The translations under genes and the position numbers were made by a program. 64,000 bases of DNA from NCBI RefSeq assembly GCF_964213995.1, contig NW_027590122.1, positions 744,001-808,000 on the forward strand. The letters run 5' to 3'. This document shows, in pieces, positions 36,080-49,419 of the stretch. Below the pieces are notes generated by a model. The model saw nothing but the letters and a program-made list of their open reading frames with translations, ran no database searches and had not been told where the DNA came from. This stretch comes from Mustelus asterias. Lineage: Eukaryota. Each line of letters opens with the position of its first letter. Within the stretch, counting starts at the first letter, position 1.

Positions 36080-37400
36080 TTTGTTCAGTAATGCAGAGAC
36101 AGGGCCGAGTGCAACAATTATTTATACAGTACCTGCACTAGTATGAATGGAGGTTGGGTTCAGTTCAATAATTCTTGAATGTCTTGTGTATTAGTAACTA
36201 GCGTGGTACTTTCTAATATAAACAGAGACATGCAGCTGTAACAAAGACAAGATTTATTCTAATATCAGCGGAGACAATGTGCACAATAATTTCAACTGAG
36301 ACAGGTTCTAGTGTAATGTAAACTCATATAAGTGCTATCAAAATATAGGGACATGATCTAGCGTGATATAAACAGAGATGTAGCCCAGTGGAATAAAAAG
36401 TGAGGCAATGCAGAGTAAAGCAATAATTGAGAGAGGATGATGTGCAAAATGAACAGCGGTATGGTTTAGCGCATAATAAAGGAGAGAACATCAAACGGAA
36501 TAAAACTGACAGCGGGCCGAGAATAATTTTGTCTGATTCTGGGCATTGTATAATATAAAATGAGACAAAGCCTGACACAGTAATTTCAGACCAAGGCCTT
36601 AGATTGATATAAACTTTGACGCGGCAAGTGCATCAATAAGTGAAACGTGTAATTAAACAATAATTACAGAGACAGGATGCTGTTCGCTATAAACATGGAG
36701 GTAGACTGGTGCAGGAGTGATTGAGATATTGTCGATGTTTGTTATATACGTGGCAGGTTCCAGCAATCATAGAAATCCTACAGTACAGAAAGAGGACACT
36801 TGGCCCATCGAGTCTGCACCGACCACAATCCCACCCAGGCCCTACCCCCATATCACTCCATATTTTATCCGCTAACCTACACATCCCAGGACACTAAGGG
36901 GCAATTTTAGCATGGCCAATCAACCTCACATCTTTGGACTGCGGGAGCAAACCGGAGCACCCGGTGAAAACCCACGCAGACACGAGGAGAATGTGCAAAC
37001 TCCACACAGACAGTGACCCAAGCCGGGAATCGAACCACGTCCCTGGAGCTGTGAAGCAGCAGTGCTAACCACTGTGCTACCGTGCAATAACTGACACTGA
37101 GCCTCGTGTAATAAAAACAGTAACGTGTTCTGGTGCAGTATCAGAAGACAGAGTGTCAAGTGACGTAACAACAGATACATGGAGAATCATGACATTAGCC
37201 GAGAATTAATTCCGTGCTGCCGTAACTGCCAGAATGCACGGTGCAATATCAACTCAGGCTTTGATCAGTATAATAACAACCGGGATTTTGATGAGTACGG
37301 AATCAACTCAGAATTATTGTCATGTTATCAGAAATAGGATTTCTTGTCATATAAACTGGCTCTAGTTTAGGATGGGCAAAGCCTGAGTCCATGGCAGCAA
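36080..37400 (+). repeat. Degenerate ~30-bp tandem repeat tract, interrupted by an HE1 SINE at 36766-37085 (-)
   Basis: Recurring 'ctagtgtaatgtaaac', 'ctaatataaacagagac', 'ctagcgtgatataaacagaga'. Confidence 0.6.
36766..37085 (-). mobile_element. HE1-type V-SINE
   Basis: Complete head, V-domain and tail. Confidence 0.88.
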
Positions 37401-37859
37401 TAATTGAGACAATCTCAGTTTTGTGTCATGCCAAAAATCACGGTTTCACTGCCATCTCCTGGACAACCTTTGCTATTGCAGATGTTGGGAAATGCTGATT
37501 TTAGTTGCTGTTTCTTATTTTTTCATTATCTGTAAACCCAGCTGGAGAGGCCAGCAATTGTAGGTAATCGCTCATACTCTGAATTTATTGGTTTTCTAAA
37601 ACATGACAGCAGGCAGTTAGCGCCAACCACTTGGAGGCCTGGAGTTACGTATGGGCCAAGCTGGGGAAGGATGGAAGGTTTCCTTTTCCAGAGGGCATTA
37701 GCGAATCTGACGTGTTTTTTGTAATAGCCACAATTAAGGAAACGAACTTTAAATTCAAAATTTTAATTGCATTCTAAATCTCACGTACTGTTGTAGTTGT
37801 CTTTGAATATATACCTTGAGAAAATTGCCTCCCCTCCTAATTACTAGCCCAGTGATATT

Positions 37860-39770
37860 GGAAAAGGCCATTTGACTCATCGTGTATGTGTTTGCCCTCT
37901 AAAGGAGCAATTCATCCAATAACACTCTCTACCCCACAGTCCAGCATTTTGTTCATTTTCAGACAATAATTCAATCCCATTTTGAAACCATCAATTGGCG
38001 CTGCCTGCACCAGACTCTCAAACAGCACATTCCAAATCTGAGTCAGTCACTGTCTGAAAATGTTTTCCGTTATGTCTCCATGCTTCTTTTGCCAATTAAC
38101 TTCGACCCGCACCCTCTGGTACAAGATCCTTCTCCGAGTTAACGGTTCCTCTCTATCGACTCTCTCCAGACCACTTTGCATTTTGAATGCCTCAATAAGA
38201 ACATAATAAGAACATAAGAACTAGGAGCAGGAGTAGGTCATCTGTCCCCTCGAGCCTGCTCCGCCATTCAATAAGATCTTTTCGTGGACTCAGCTCCACT
38301 TAACTGCGCCGCTCACCATAACCCTACATTCCTTTACTGTTGAAAAATGTAGCTATCCTTGCCTTAAAAACATTCAATGAGGTAGCCGCAACTGCTTCAC
38401 TGGGCAGGGAATTCCTTGTATTCCATCTGCCAGACCCTCGCCCACTCACTTAGACTATCTATATCCCTTTGTCGACTTCCAGCATCCTCTGCACACTTTG
38501 CTCTGCCACTCATCTTCGTGTCGTCTGCGAATTTTGACACAGTGCACTTGGTCCCCAATTCCAAATCATCTATTTAAATCGTAAACAATTGCTGTCCCAA
38601 CACTGATCCCTGCGGCACACCACTAGTCACTGATCGCCAACCAGAAAAACACCCATTTACCCCTTCTCTTAACTTTCTGTTAGTTAGCCAATCCTCTATC
38701 CATGCTAATACATTACCCGTAACACCGTGCACCTTTATCTTATGCAGCAGTCTTTGGCGCGGCACCTTGTCAAATGCTTTCTGGAAATCCAGATACACCA
38801 CATCCACAGGTTCCCATTGTCCAATGCACATGTAACGTTCTCAAAGAATTCCACCAAATTAGTGAAACATGACCTTCCCTTCACGAACCCATGCTAAGAT
38901 CACATCAGTAACTCCCTGTCAAGGAAAACAGTCCTAACCTCTCCAATATATTCTTGTAATTGAAGTTTCTGAACTCTGGAACTATTCTCGTGTTTTTCCT
39001 CTGCAGCCATCCTGTTGGCTTTACATTCCTCCTTAAGTTTGGTGCCCCGAATTGGACGCAATATTTCTGTTGACTATTTTCCATTGCTTTCGACAGATAT
39101 GGCCTAATTTCCTTGCTTCTGTATTCTTTTCCCCAATAGACAAAGATTGTTAACTATTTTATTTACTGCAGTCTCAACTGTCTTCCACCATGAATGATTT
39201 ATTCACATATTCTCTCAGTTCCCTCGGCGTCGACACCCACTTTCATAGCGTTTTCATCATTTCCATTTGTCTCTTCACATTTTGCACAACAAAGCTAAGC
39301 ATGTAACTTTACTCTGCAATAAACTAAACCTCCTAATTGCACGCCAATTGCACCAATTAGGATCTTTTTCGTTCTAAAGTTCTGCATGATCTACTGATGG
39401 TTGGCAATGTTTCCAAGTTCTGTATCATTCACAGGTCTTGAAAGTCTGACTTCCATACCAAGCTCTCGGTCATTACTATGCCAGGAAGGTCAACTATTCC
39501 TGGCAACTTCACTACAAGCTTTGCTCAAGTCCGAAAAATAGCGACGAGTTGTTTCCTGGCACTCAGCCAATTTCCTATCCATGTTACTCCTGTCCATTTT
39601 ATTCTGTGAGCTCCATATTTACTCACAAGCTGTGGTGCAGCACCGTATCACATGACTTTTGGACGCCCAATAAGAGAAATACCCTCACAAACCATCTCTG
39701 TTACTCAGCATAAAACTCAAGCAAGTTAATTATACACGATTTGACCTGAACAAATGCATTCTGGCTGAAT
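37860..39770 (-). mobile_element. Old CR1 remnant containing a younger, internally deleted CR1 at ~38197-38895
   Basis: ORF 38574-38831 (DVVYLDFQKAFDKVP...PQGSVLG); tail aagaacataataagaacataagaa. Confidence 0.8.
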
Positions 39771-40206
39771 TTGTCACGAAACATATAAGTGGGATGATTG
39801 CTGCAGTGATTAAGAGAGTGAAGATATAAATGCTAAATCTGCTGACGACACAAAGATAGATCGGAAAATTGAGCATTGGCGAGGGCATTGGGCATGTCTC
39901 GAATATTGTGTGCTTATCTTAAGAAAGATGTTAATGCGTTAGAAAAAGTTCAGAGGAGTTTCACTAAACTATTACCAGCTATGAGCGGGTCAGTTTATGA
40001 GGAAAGAATGGTACCGTCAGGTTTGTACCCACGGGAGTTTAGAAGAGTAAGAGGCATATTGGCTGAAACCTTCAAAACTCTAAGGGGTGCGAACAGTGTG
40101 GATGTTGAGCGGATGTTTCCTCTTGTCCAATGTTGTAGCTGTCCTGGATATTCTCTGAGTGCCGATATCTCAGATCTTGGTTCTGCGTCTGTTACCACTG
40201 CTGTAC

Positions 40207-40226
40207 TGTCCACGGGAGGGCGCTCT
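40207..40226 (+). promoter_or_regulatory. CTCF-like motif in an orphan copy of the V upstream region
   Basis: tgtccacgggagggcgctct, identical to 50188-50207; resembles CCASYAGRKGGCRS. Confidence 0.45.
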
Positions 40227-41056
40227 TTGATCACTTTCCGAACATCAGAGTCTCCTTTTGCAGAAAGTGACAATTTGTTGATACGAAAATGGGCGGAGAA
40301 CATAAATCCCATCCAATCACATTGCATCTTCCCGGTTCTTTTGATTCAACCTTTAACTTCAATACATTTATTTAACTCAAATGTCCTCGTTCTGAATAGA
40401 ATATCTCTGAAATAGAGAACATTGAATTGCAAGCATGACTGACCAACAAAAGAAAGCGAGTCACTGGGGAATACACATCCCATGGTACCTTTTTGAAATT
40501 GACCGCAGTCAGCTTTCAAACAAAAGCAAATATCTTTCAAGGGAAGAGATTTAAGAATGATCTGTTAGTTATAGTTGATCCTTCTTTATTCTGTGTGTGA
40601 AACATTCTGGCGCTTAAATATCTTTCATCTACAGGAGGCCCAGCAAGTCCGCACTGATTCTCCATTTCCTCATCTACCTGAATGGTATTTCCTACATCTT
40701 TATTAGGAAGAACAATTTTAAAAATAAGCTTCGAAGCAATGTGTGCCATTTCCTCTAGTTCAGTTACAGTTTCACTTGTGTCTGTCCTTATGAGCATGCA
40801 TTGCTGTTCGACATGTTTCAGATGGTGATTAAAGCTCTTAGTCTTCACCTGTAAACGCATTAAATTTTATTGTGGACTGAACGGGTTGCGAATATAACAA
40901 GACAAACATTTATTTCCTGACATTGCATCCTAAAACACAGAAATTCTGATTTTCCGAAAGGCAATTGAGTTACTGTAAGATCCGATTTTCCGAAAAGCAT
41001 TTGAGTTGATGTAACATCGAGATTCACATAATGTTGAGCAATGATGGTTACACGGT

Positions 41057-41361
41057 GGGGTTCGGCACAGTGGCACATTGGTTAGCACTGCGGTCTCACA
41101 GAGACGACCTGGGTTCGATTCCTGGCTTGGGTCACTGTCTGTGTTGAGTTTCCACGTTCCCCCCGTGTTCCCCGGGTCCTGGTTTCCTCCCACAGTCCAA
41201 AGATGTGCAGGTGAGGTGGATAGGCCATGCTAAATTGCCCCTTAGTGCCGGGGGGCGAGGTAGGTAAATACATGGGGTTATGGGGATGGGGCCTGGGTGG
41301 GATTGTGTTCGGTGCAATCTCGATGAGCCGAATGGCCTCCCTCTTCACTGCATGATTCTAG
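41057..41361 (+). mobile_element. HE1-type V-SINE
   Basis: Head, V-domain and tail. Confidence 0.85.
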
Positions 41362-41412
41362 GAAGTTAAACCATGCAGGCTTCGCACTCCCTTAATAAGA
41401 ATGGTCCAAAAG

Positions 41413-41485
41413 TGCTTCTGCCGGGTTTTGATACGGGAAACTTTCACGTGTGAGGCGAACGTGATAACCATGACATTACATGAAC
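41413..41485 (-). pseudogene. tRNA-Val(CAC) pseudogene
   Basis: GTTCATGTAATGTCATGGTTATCACGTTCGCCTCACACGTGAAAGTTTCCCGTATCAAAACCCGGCAGAAGCA; T-loop broken. Confidence 0.8.
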
Positions 41486-42554
41486 AGCTGACCGCATATT
41501 TTAGCTAATCGGCCTGCCTGCAATGTCCAACTGCGCTGCGCTGCTGCAGATTCCAATGGTTAGACTGAGAGCCCATGTCACTGAATTCAAGAAGAAAACC
41601 GGTATTTTCAACCTGATTTCTCAACTTATCTTGAACATCAAAATTTAAAAGCTTTCGTTTGGCAAATATCGAAGTGAGCACTGATTCTGCCCATTCATTA
41701 ATGCATCATTTTCATCTTCCTTCGAATAATCTCAACAAATTGTAATCAAAAAGTAAATTACTGCGGATGCTGGAATCGGAAACCAAAAGAGAAAATGCTG
41801 GAAAATCTCACAATGTCTGACAGCTCCTGTTAGGAGAGAAAAGGGCTGACCTTTCGAGTCCAGATGACATTTTGTGAAAGCTCATTGAGCACTTGGACTC
41901 AGTATTTGTTTTATGATTCAATATTTAGTATCAATACATTATTTAACACATATGCCTTCATTATGAATTGAATATCTCTGGAATTGAATATCACTGAAAT
42001 TGCAAACATAACTGACCAACAGAACGAATCGAATCACCGGGTAATACAGATCGCAATTTTGAGGTTGATCATAACCAGCTTTTAAACAAAGTCAACTACG
42101 TTTTAAATGGAAGTGATTCAAGAATTAACTGTTCGTGGCCTTTTTTTATTATGGGCGTGAGATATTCAGGCGCATAAATTCCGGCCATTTATAGGAAGGT
42201 CCAGAAGATCTGCACTGAGTCCCGATTCTCTCATCTGTTTGAGTGTTTTTTTTTCTATTTCTTTGTTGTGAAGAACGATTTTTTAAAAGAATCGTCTGGG
42301 AAATGAACGCCATTTCTGATAGATCACTTACAATATCACTTGTGTCAGTCTTCTGGAGTAGACACTACGATTAGAAACGTTTCATTCTTGTCAGTGCATC
42401 AAAAAAAAGTCAGCATTTCTTATTTTACAGAAAACATTGGAGGCTGATGTCAGAGCAACAATAATATGCCTGTAATATTGAGGTTCAGATAATGTTGAGA
42501 AACGAACTGAAATCATGCAATTTTCCTTCACGCGACATGAGAAAGCTGAATGAA

Positions 42555-42627
42555 TGTTTCTGCTCCGTTTCGAACCAGGATCTTTCCGCGTGTCAGACGA
42601 ACATAATAACCACTACACTGGAGAAAC
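42555..42627 (-). pseudogene. tRNA-Val pseudogene (anticodon now GAC)
   Basis: GTTTCTCCAGTGTAGTGGTTATTATGTTCGTCTGACACGCGGAAAGATCCTGGTTCGAAACGGAGCAGAAACA. Confidence 0.8.
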
Positions 42628-42847
42628 ACCTGGACGCAAACTGCAGCAAATCGGACTGTCCGCAATATTCAACAGCTGCAGGTTCCAATGGTCAGACTGA
42701 GAGCCCATGCTTCTTAATTCAGGAAGATAACCGTTGCTTTCAATCTGATTGCTCAACTTATCTTGAACATCAAAATTTAAAAGCGTTCTTCTGGCAAATA
42801 TCGAAGGGAACAATGATTTCTAGCCTTTCATTAATGCATCATTCTAT

Positions 42848-43581
42848 AGCTATACGATAAATGGCAGAACCATAAAGGGTATAGATACGCAGAGGGACCT
42901 GGGTGCGCAAGTCCACAGATCCTTGAAGGTGACGTCACAGGTGGAGAAGGTAGTGAATAAGGCATATGGCATGCTTGCCTTTATAGGACGGGGCATAGAG
43001 TATAAGGTTGGGGTCTGATGTTGCAGATGTATAGAACGTTGGTTCGGCCGCATTTGGAATACTGCGTCCAGTTCTGGTCGCCACACTACTAGAAGGGCGT
43101 GGAGGCTTTGGAGAGAGTACGGAGGAGGTTGACCTGGATGTTGTCTGGTATGGAGGGGCTTAGTTATGAAGAGAGATTGGGTAAACTGGGGTTGTTCTCC
43201 CTGGAAGGACGGAGGATGAGGGGAGACTTAATAGAGGTGTATAAAATTATGAAAGGCATAGATAGGATGAACGGTGGGAAGCTTTTCCCCAGGTCGGTGG
43301 TGACGTTCACGAGGGGTCATGGGTTCAAGGTGAACGGGGGGAGGTTTAACACAGATATCAGAAGGACATATTTTACACAGAGGGCGGTGGGGGCCTGGAA
43401 TGCGCTGCCAGGCAAGGTGGTGGAGGCGGACACACTGGGAACGTTTAAGACTTATCTAGATAGCCACATGAACGGAGTGGGAATGGAGGGATACAAAAGA
43501 GTGGTCTAGTTTCGACCAGGGAGCGGCACGGGCTTGGAGGGCCGAAGGGCCTGTTCCTGTGCTGTATTGTTCTTTGTTCTT
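42848..43581 (+). mobile_element. CR1 3' fragment (same subfamily as 21913-23014)
   Basis: ORF 43099-43509; tail ttgttctttgttcttt. Confidence 0.9.
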
Positions 43582-43624
43582 TATTCTCATCTTCCTTCGA
43601 ATAATCTCAACCAATTGTACTCAG

Positions 43625-43769
43625 CAATAAAAGCAAATTACTGCGGATACTGGAATCGGAAACCAAACGAAAAAATGCTGGAAAATCTCACAACGTCTGA
43701 CAGCACCTGTAAGAAGAGAAAGGAGCTAACGTTTCGAGTCCAGATGACACTTTAACAACGTTCATTGTA
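43625..43769 (-). mobile_element. Short Penelope-derived repeat with a 13-bp flanking direct repeat (same insertion at ~41745 and ~45627)
   Basis: aaagcaaattactgcggat...gtttcgagtccagatgac; caattgtactcag at 43612-43624 and 43770-43782. Confidence 0.65.
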
Positions 43770-44489
43770 CAATTGTACTCAGTATTTGTTTCAATATTTA
43801 GTCTCAATGCATTATTTAACACATATGTCTTCATTATGAATTGAATATCTCTGAAATTGTATATCATAGAATTGCAAATATAACTGACCAACAGGAATCG
43901 AGTCACCGGGTAATACAGATCACAATTATGAGATTGACCATAGCGAACTACATTTAAACAAGGTGAACTACATTTAAATAGACGAGATTGAAGAATTATC
44001 TGTTATTGACACTTGAGTTTTTTTCCTTTTTGGGTGTGAAATATTCAGGCGCATAAATTCCGGCCATTTAAATGAAAGTTCAGTAGATCCGCACTGAGTC
44101 TCGATTTCCTCATTTGTCTGAGTGTTTTTTTTTTCCTATTTCTTTGTTTTGAAGAACGATTTAAAAAAAGATTCTTCTGGGAAATGTGCGCCATTTCCTA
44201 TACTTCACTTACCGTATCACTTGTGTCAGTCCCCTAGAGCACATACTACCATTCGAAAAGTTCCAGATGGTGATTAGCTACGTTAATCTGCACCTATAAA
44301 CTCTTTAAATTCTGTTGTAGACTGAACGTGATGCGAATATGCGCACAGTGTCAAAATCGAAAGGTTTCTTTCCTGTCAGTTCGCCAAAAAGCTATCTTAT
44401 TTTTATTTTACAGAAATCATTTGAGTCCGAGGTCAGAGCAAAGATCATATGGCTGCAACATCAAGATGCGGATAATGTTCAGCAACGAA

Positions 44490-45240
44490 GATCTAATACA
44501 GATAGGAAATATACAGTAAATGGCAGAACCCTTAAGAGTATTGATAGGCAAAGGGATCTGGGTGTACAGGTACACAGGTCACTGAAAGTGGCAATGCAGG
44601 TGGAGAAGGTAGTCAAGAAGGCATACGGCATGCTTGCCTTTATCGGCCGGGGCATTGAGTTTAAAAATTGGCAAGTCATGTTGCAACTTTATAGAACCTT
44701 AGTTAGGCCGCACTTGGAATATAATATTTAAATTTGGTCGCCACACTACCAGAAGGATGTGGAGGCTTTGGAGAGGGTAAAGAAAAGATTTACCAGGATG
44801 TTGCCTGGTATGGAGAGTATTTGCTACGAGGAGAGATTGGACAAACTTGGTTTGTTCTCACTGGAGCGACGGAGGTTGAGGGGAGACCTGATCGAAGTCT
44901 ACAAGATTGTGAAAGGCATGGACAGAGTGGATAGTCACAAGCTTTTTCCCAGGACGGAAGAGTCAATTACTCGGGGATATCTGTTTAAGGTGCGTAGGAC
45001 AAGGTTTGAAGGAGATGTACGAGGCAGATTGTTTACGTAGAGAGTAGTGGGTGCCTGGAGAGGTAGTGGAAGCGGATGCGCGAGTGACTTTTAAGGGGCG
45101 TCCTGACAAGTACATGAATAGAATGGGAAAAGAGGGGTACGACCCCCGGCAGGGTAGGGTGCTTTAATTAAGTCTGGCAGCATGGTCGGTGCAGGCGTGG
45201 AGGGCTGGTTCGTATGCTGTAATTTTTTTTGTCCTTTATT
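44490..45240 (+). mobile_element. CR1 3' fragment
   Basis: ORFs 44339-44731 (QRDLGVQVHRSLKVA) and 44759-45040; splits the unit motif caacgaa|ctgaaatcat. Confidence 0.9.
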
Positions 45241-45287
45241 CTGAAATCATACAGATTTCCTCACCCTAAATTAGAAAGCTTAATGGA

Positions 45288-45360
45288 CGTTTCTGCCCGG
45301 TTTTGAACTGGGAACCTTTCACGTGTGAGGTGAATGTGATAACCACTACACTACAGAAGC
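45288..45360 (-). tRNA. tRNA-Val(CAC), best-preserved copy, probably a pseudogene
   Basis: GCTTCTGTAGTGTAGTGGTTATCACATTCACCTCACACGTGAAAGGTTCCCAGTTCAAAACCGGGCAGAAACG; mostly CpG-type transitions. Confidence 0.75.
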
Positions 45361-46542
45361 AGGTGACAGCAATGATAGCAAATCCGCCTCTCTGCAATGT
45401 TCAACTGCGCTGTGTTGCTGCAGTTTCAAATGGTTCGACTGAGAGGCCATGTCCCTTGTTTCAGGAAGATAACCGTTACTGTCAATATGATTGCTCAACT
45501 TATCTTGAACTTCAAAATTTTAAAGCGATCGCCTGTCAAATATCTAAGGAAACAATGAATTCCACTCATTCATTAGTGCATTATTTTCATCTTCCTTCGA
45601 ATAATCTCAACCAATTGTGCTCATTAATAAAAGCAAATTCCTGCGGCTGATGGAACCTGAAACCAAGGGAGAAAATGCTGGAAAGTCTCATAAGGTCTGG
45701 CAGCATCTGTAAGGAGAGAAAAGAGCTGACGTTTCGAATCCAGATGATATTTTGTCAAAGCTCATTTTACAATTGTACTCAGTATTTGTTTCAATATTTA
45801 ATATCAATACATTGTTGAACACATATGTCTTCATTATGAATTGAATATCTCTGAAATTGAATATCACTGAATTGCAAACATAACTGGCCAACGAAAAGAG
45901 TCGAGTCACTGGGTAATACAGATCCCGTGGTGTTTCTTTGAGATTGGCCATCATCAGCTTTTAAACAAAGTCAACTATAATTAAATGGAAGAGATTGAAG
46001 AATTATCTGTTCGGTATACTTGAGCCTTTTTTATTATAAGTGTGAAATATTCAGGCGCATAAATTCCGGCCATCTAAAGGAAAGTCTAGTTGATCCGCAC
46101 TGAGTCTCCATTTCCTCATCTGTCTGAGCGTTTTTTTTCCGATTTCCATGTTATGAAGCATGATTTTAAAAACAGATTCTTCTGGGAAATGTGCGCCATT
46201 TCCTCTCGTTCACTTAGAGTATCACTTGTGTCTGTTTTTTCGAGCACACCCTCCTATTAGACATTTTTCAGATGATGATTCGCTATTTTAGTTTGCACCT
46301 ATAAACCCATTGAATTCTGTTGTACACTGAACAAGATGATACGATGTGCATGTTGTCAAAATAGAGACGTTTCTTTCCTGTCAGTGCGTCAAAATAATCA
46401 GCATTTATTATTCACAGAAATCATTTGAGATTGAGGTCAGAGCAAAGTTAATATTGCTGTAATATCGAGATTCGGATAATGTTCAGCAACGAACTGAAAT
46501 CATACAGGATTCCCCTCATCTTACATGAGAAAGCTTAACGAA

Positions 46543-46614
46543 TGCTCTTCCCTGTTTCGGACCGGGGACTTTTCGTGTTTTAGGCGAACGGGATAACCCC
46601 TCCACTGCAGAAAC
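46543..46614 (-). pseudogene. tRNA-Val pseudogene (anticodon now AAA)
   Basis: GTTTCTGCAGTGGAGGGGTTATCCCGTTCGCCTAAAACACGAAAAGTCCCCGGTCCGAAACAGGGAAGAGCA. Confidence 0.78.
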
Positions 46615-48136
46615 ACGTGATAGCATTGGGGCCTCAATGGGCCTGACTACAATGTTTAACTCCACTATGTTGCTGCAGGTTTGAATGGTATGACTGAGGG
46701 CCCATGTCACTTAATACAAGAACACATCCCTTACTTTCAACCTGATATCGCAACTTATCTTGTTCTTCAAACTTAAAAAGAATTCGTCCGGCAAATGTCT
46801 AAGGAAGCATTGATTTGTGCTCAATCATTAATGCTTCATTCTTATCTTCCTGCGAATAATTTCAATCAATTATACTCAGTATTTGTTTCAGAATCATAGA
46901 ATCAGTGCCGAAAAGGCCAATCGGCCCAACGAATTAGCAGCGACGCCAGAGTATCGTAACCAGGCCATTTCCACCGTTTCCCCCACAACGCTACTCCTTT
47001 CCCATGGCTAATCTATCTAACCAAGGGGCAATTTAGCATGCCCCATCCACCTTGGATCTTCATTCAATTTTTAATATCAAAACACTTATTTAATATTTAT
47101 GTCCAAATTCTGAATGTAATATCTCTGGAATATGCAGTCGGTCTGACTGCATTGTTCAACCCCGCTCTATTGCTGCAGGTTCGAATGGTTGGACAGAGAG
47201 TCCATGCACCCCAGTGCAAGAAGACAACTGTTACTTTCAGCGTGATGTCTCAACTTGTCTCGAATTTCAAAATTTAAAAGCGTCCATCGTACAAATGTCT
47301 AAGGGAGCAATCATTTCTGCTCAATTATTGGTGCATCATTCTCATATCCTATCGATTGACTTCAACCAGTTATATCCAGTATTAGTTCGGAAATCAACAT
47401 TTACTATCAATCCATTTATTTAACACAGATGTCCTCATTGCGAATTGAATATGGCTGAAATTTACAACATTGAATTGCAAACATTACTGACCAACAAAAT
47501 AAATCGAGTCACGCGTAATACACATCCAATAGTGTTTTTTTGAGATTGATCATGATCAGCTTTTAAACCAAATCAAATATCTTTAAAGGGAAGAGATTCA
47601 AGAATGACCTGTTAGTTATACTTGATCCCTCTTTATTCTGTGTGAGAAACATTCTGGCGCCTAAATCTCGTTCATCTATAGGAGATCCAGACGGTGCGCT
47701 TTGATTCTCGATTTCCTCTTCTGTCTGAGAGGTTTTCCCTATTTCGTTATTATGAAGAACAACTTTAAAATGATGCTTCGGGGAAATGTGCTCCATTTTC
47801 TCTAGTTCAGTTACAGTATCACTTGTATCTGTATTTTTGAGCACACAATGCTATTAGACATGTTTCAGTTGGTGATGAAGTATGTTAGTCTGCATCCATA
47901 AACCTATTAAATTCTGGCGTGGACTGAAAATATTGCTAATATGTGCACGGTTTTAAAATAGGAACATTTCCTCTCATTGCGTCATGAAAATACAAGATTT
48001 CTGATTTTGCTGAAAGCTTTTGAGGCAGAGGTGAGCGCAAATATAACATGGCTGTAACATCGAGTTTCGGATAATGTTCGGCTACAATCTGAAATTATAC
48101 AGACTTCCCTCAACCTTAATGAAAAAATGTCATTAA

Positions 48137-48209
48137 TGCTTCTGCTCGATTTCGAACGTGGGCCCTTGCGTGCGTGAGGCAAATGCAATTAGCACTACAC
48201 CACAGAAAC
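48137..48209 (-). pseudogene. tRNA-Val(CAC) pseudogene
   Basis: GTTTCTGTGGTGTAGTGCTAATTGCATTTGCCTCACGCACGCAAGGGCCCACGTTCGAAATCGAGCAGAAGCA. Confidence 0.72.
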
Positions 48210-49419
48210 TGTTGGCTGCTCCGTAGCCCAATGGGACTGTCTTGAAATGTTGCAACATTCATTGGGAATGCTGTAGACACATTAATCTAAGAATGATTGA
48301 AAATGGTTAACAATGTCACAGAACGATGAGAGGCCCATCAATCCATCAGATCTTTGCGAATTATTTTATGAGGAGCTAAACAATGAATATGTCGTTGCGG
48401 GATTGGTGGGTCGATGGGCCTGCTCCTGTGCTGAACTGTTCTTTGTTCCAATTTCAATTTCCTCCTCTCGTTCCATGAAGTTGATGTTTCTCCCTTTTAA
48501 GTCATTGAAAAAACCCCATTTGAAGAAGGAGTTTCTGCGGAATCCATGTACAATTTGCTTTAACAACCTTTCCCTTACCCAATGGCAGGAAGTATTGGAT
48601 TTAGCTTCCCGATATAGTTTTCAATGTAAACATATATTTATTTATGCAATTGATTTCATATCGATTTTAGAAAACGAATTTAAATCTGATGAAGCATCTC
48701 CTCATTATTTCTGAATTATATCTAATATAACTACATTTACTCCACAGCCTTCCACAGGGTGTGGAATATAACCGACGAGAATAAATCACCTACACCTGAA
48801 GTAGTCTTCTTGTGTTGTCCTCCTGTGTCCTGAACATCCAATCCGAGAACCTCGAGAATCGATGGAGAATCTGTCTTATTCACACGGACTTCACATAGGG
48901 CAACACAGTGGCACGGTGGTTAGCACTGCTGTTTCACAACGCTAGGGACCCGGGTTCAATTGAAATTCCTCCTTAGTATACACGAACAGGCGGCGGAATG
49001 TGGCGACGAGAGGATTTTCACAGTAACTTGAATTATTAATTGCAGTATTAATGTAAGCCTGGTTGTGACACCAGTAAATATGTTTTGGACACGGACACAT
49101 CCAGAATATGTTTGGCGGTAAAAATAAATACATCCATTATTGCTTATTCTGCAAAAGGGTCCACGTCGATTTGTCAATCAATGATCAGCATTGATGAGAA
49201 ATAGATTTCTGGCTGCTCCTGTTGTTAAAATGTCGTGTTCCATCGCAATGAATATCTAACACGATATTGCCGCACTTACACCACACCAGGGAATTCCAGT
49301 TCAGGAAGTTTACTCTGGAGCTCGCACGCTTTTTACGTTGCCAATGAGTTCATTTCTCTTTTGTGTGTCAATGGCTGTGCTAATCTGCTTGGTTATCTTT
49401 CTTAGTGATTGTCCGTGTG

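Larger units (their letters stand above)
40345..48240. repeat. Tandem array of ~1.1-1.3-kb units, each carrying a degenerate tRNA-Val (5 copies)
   Basis: Recurring blocks 'gaattgaatatctctgaaat', 'tcacttgtgtc' and 'ctcaacttatcttgaacatcaaaatttaaaagc' with tRNA-Val at a fixed position. Confidence 0.85.

Noticed and set aside
39876-40415. 179-aa ORF
   Set aside because: Chance read-through from a decayed CR1 fragment into non-coding V-promoter-like sequence
40537-40860. Similar minus-strand ORFs in two array units (also 47563-47844)
   Set aside because: Other copies (~42100, 44000, 46000, 62020) have frameshifts and stops; no recognisable domain
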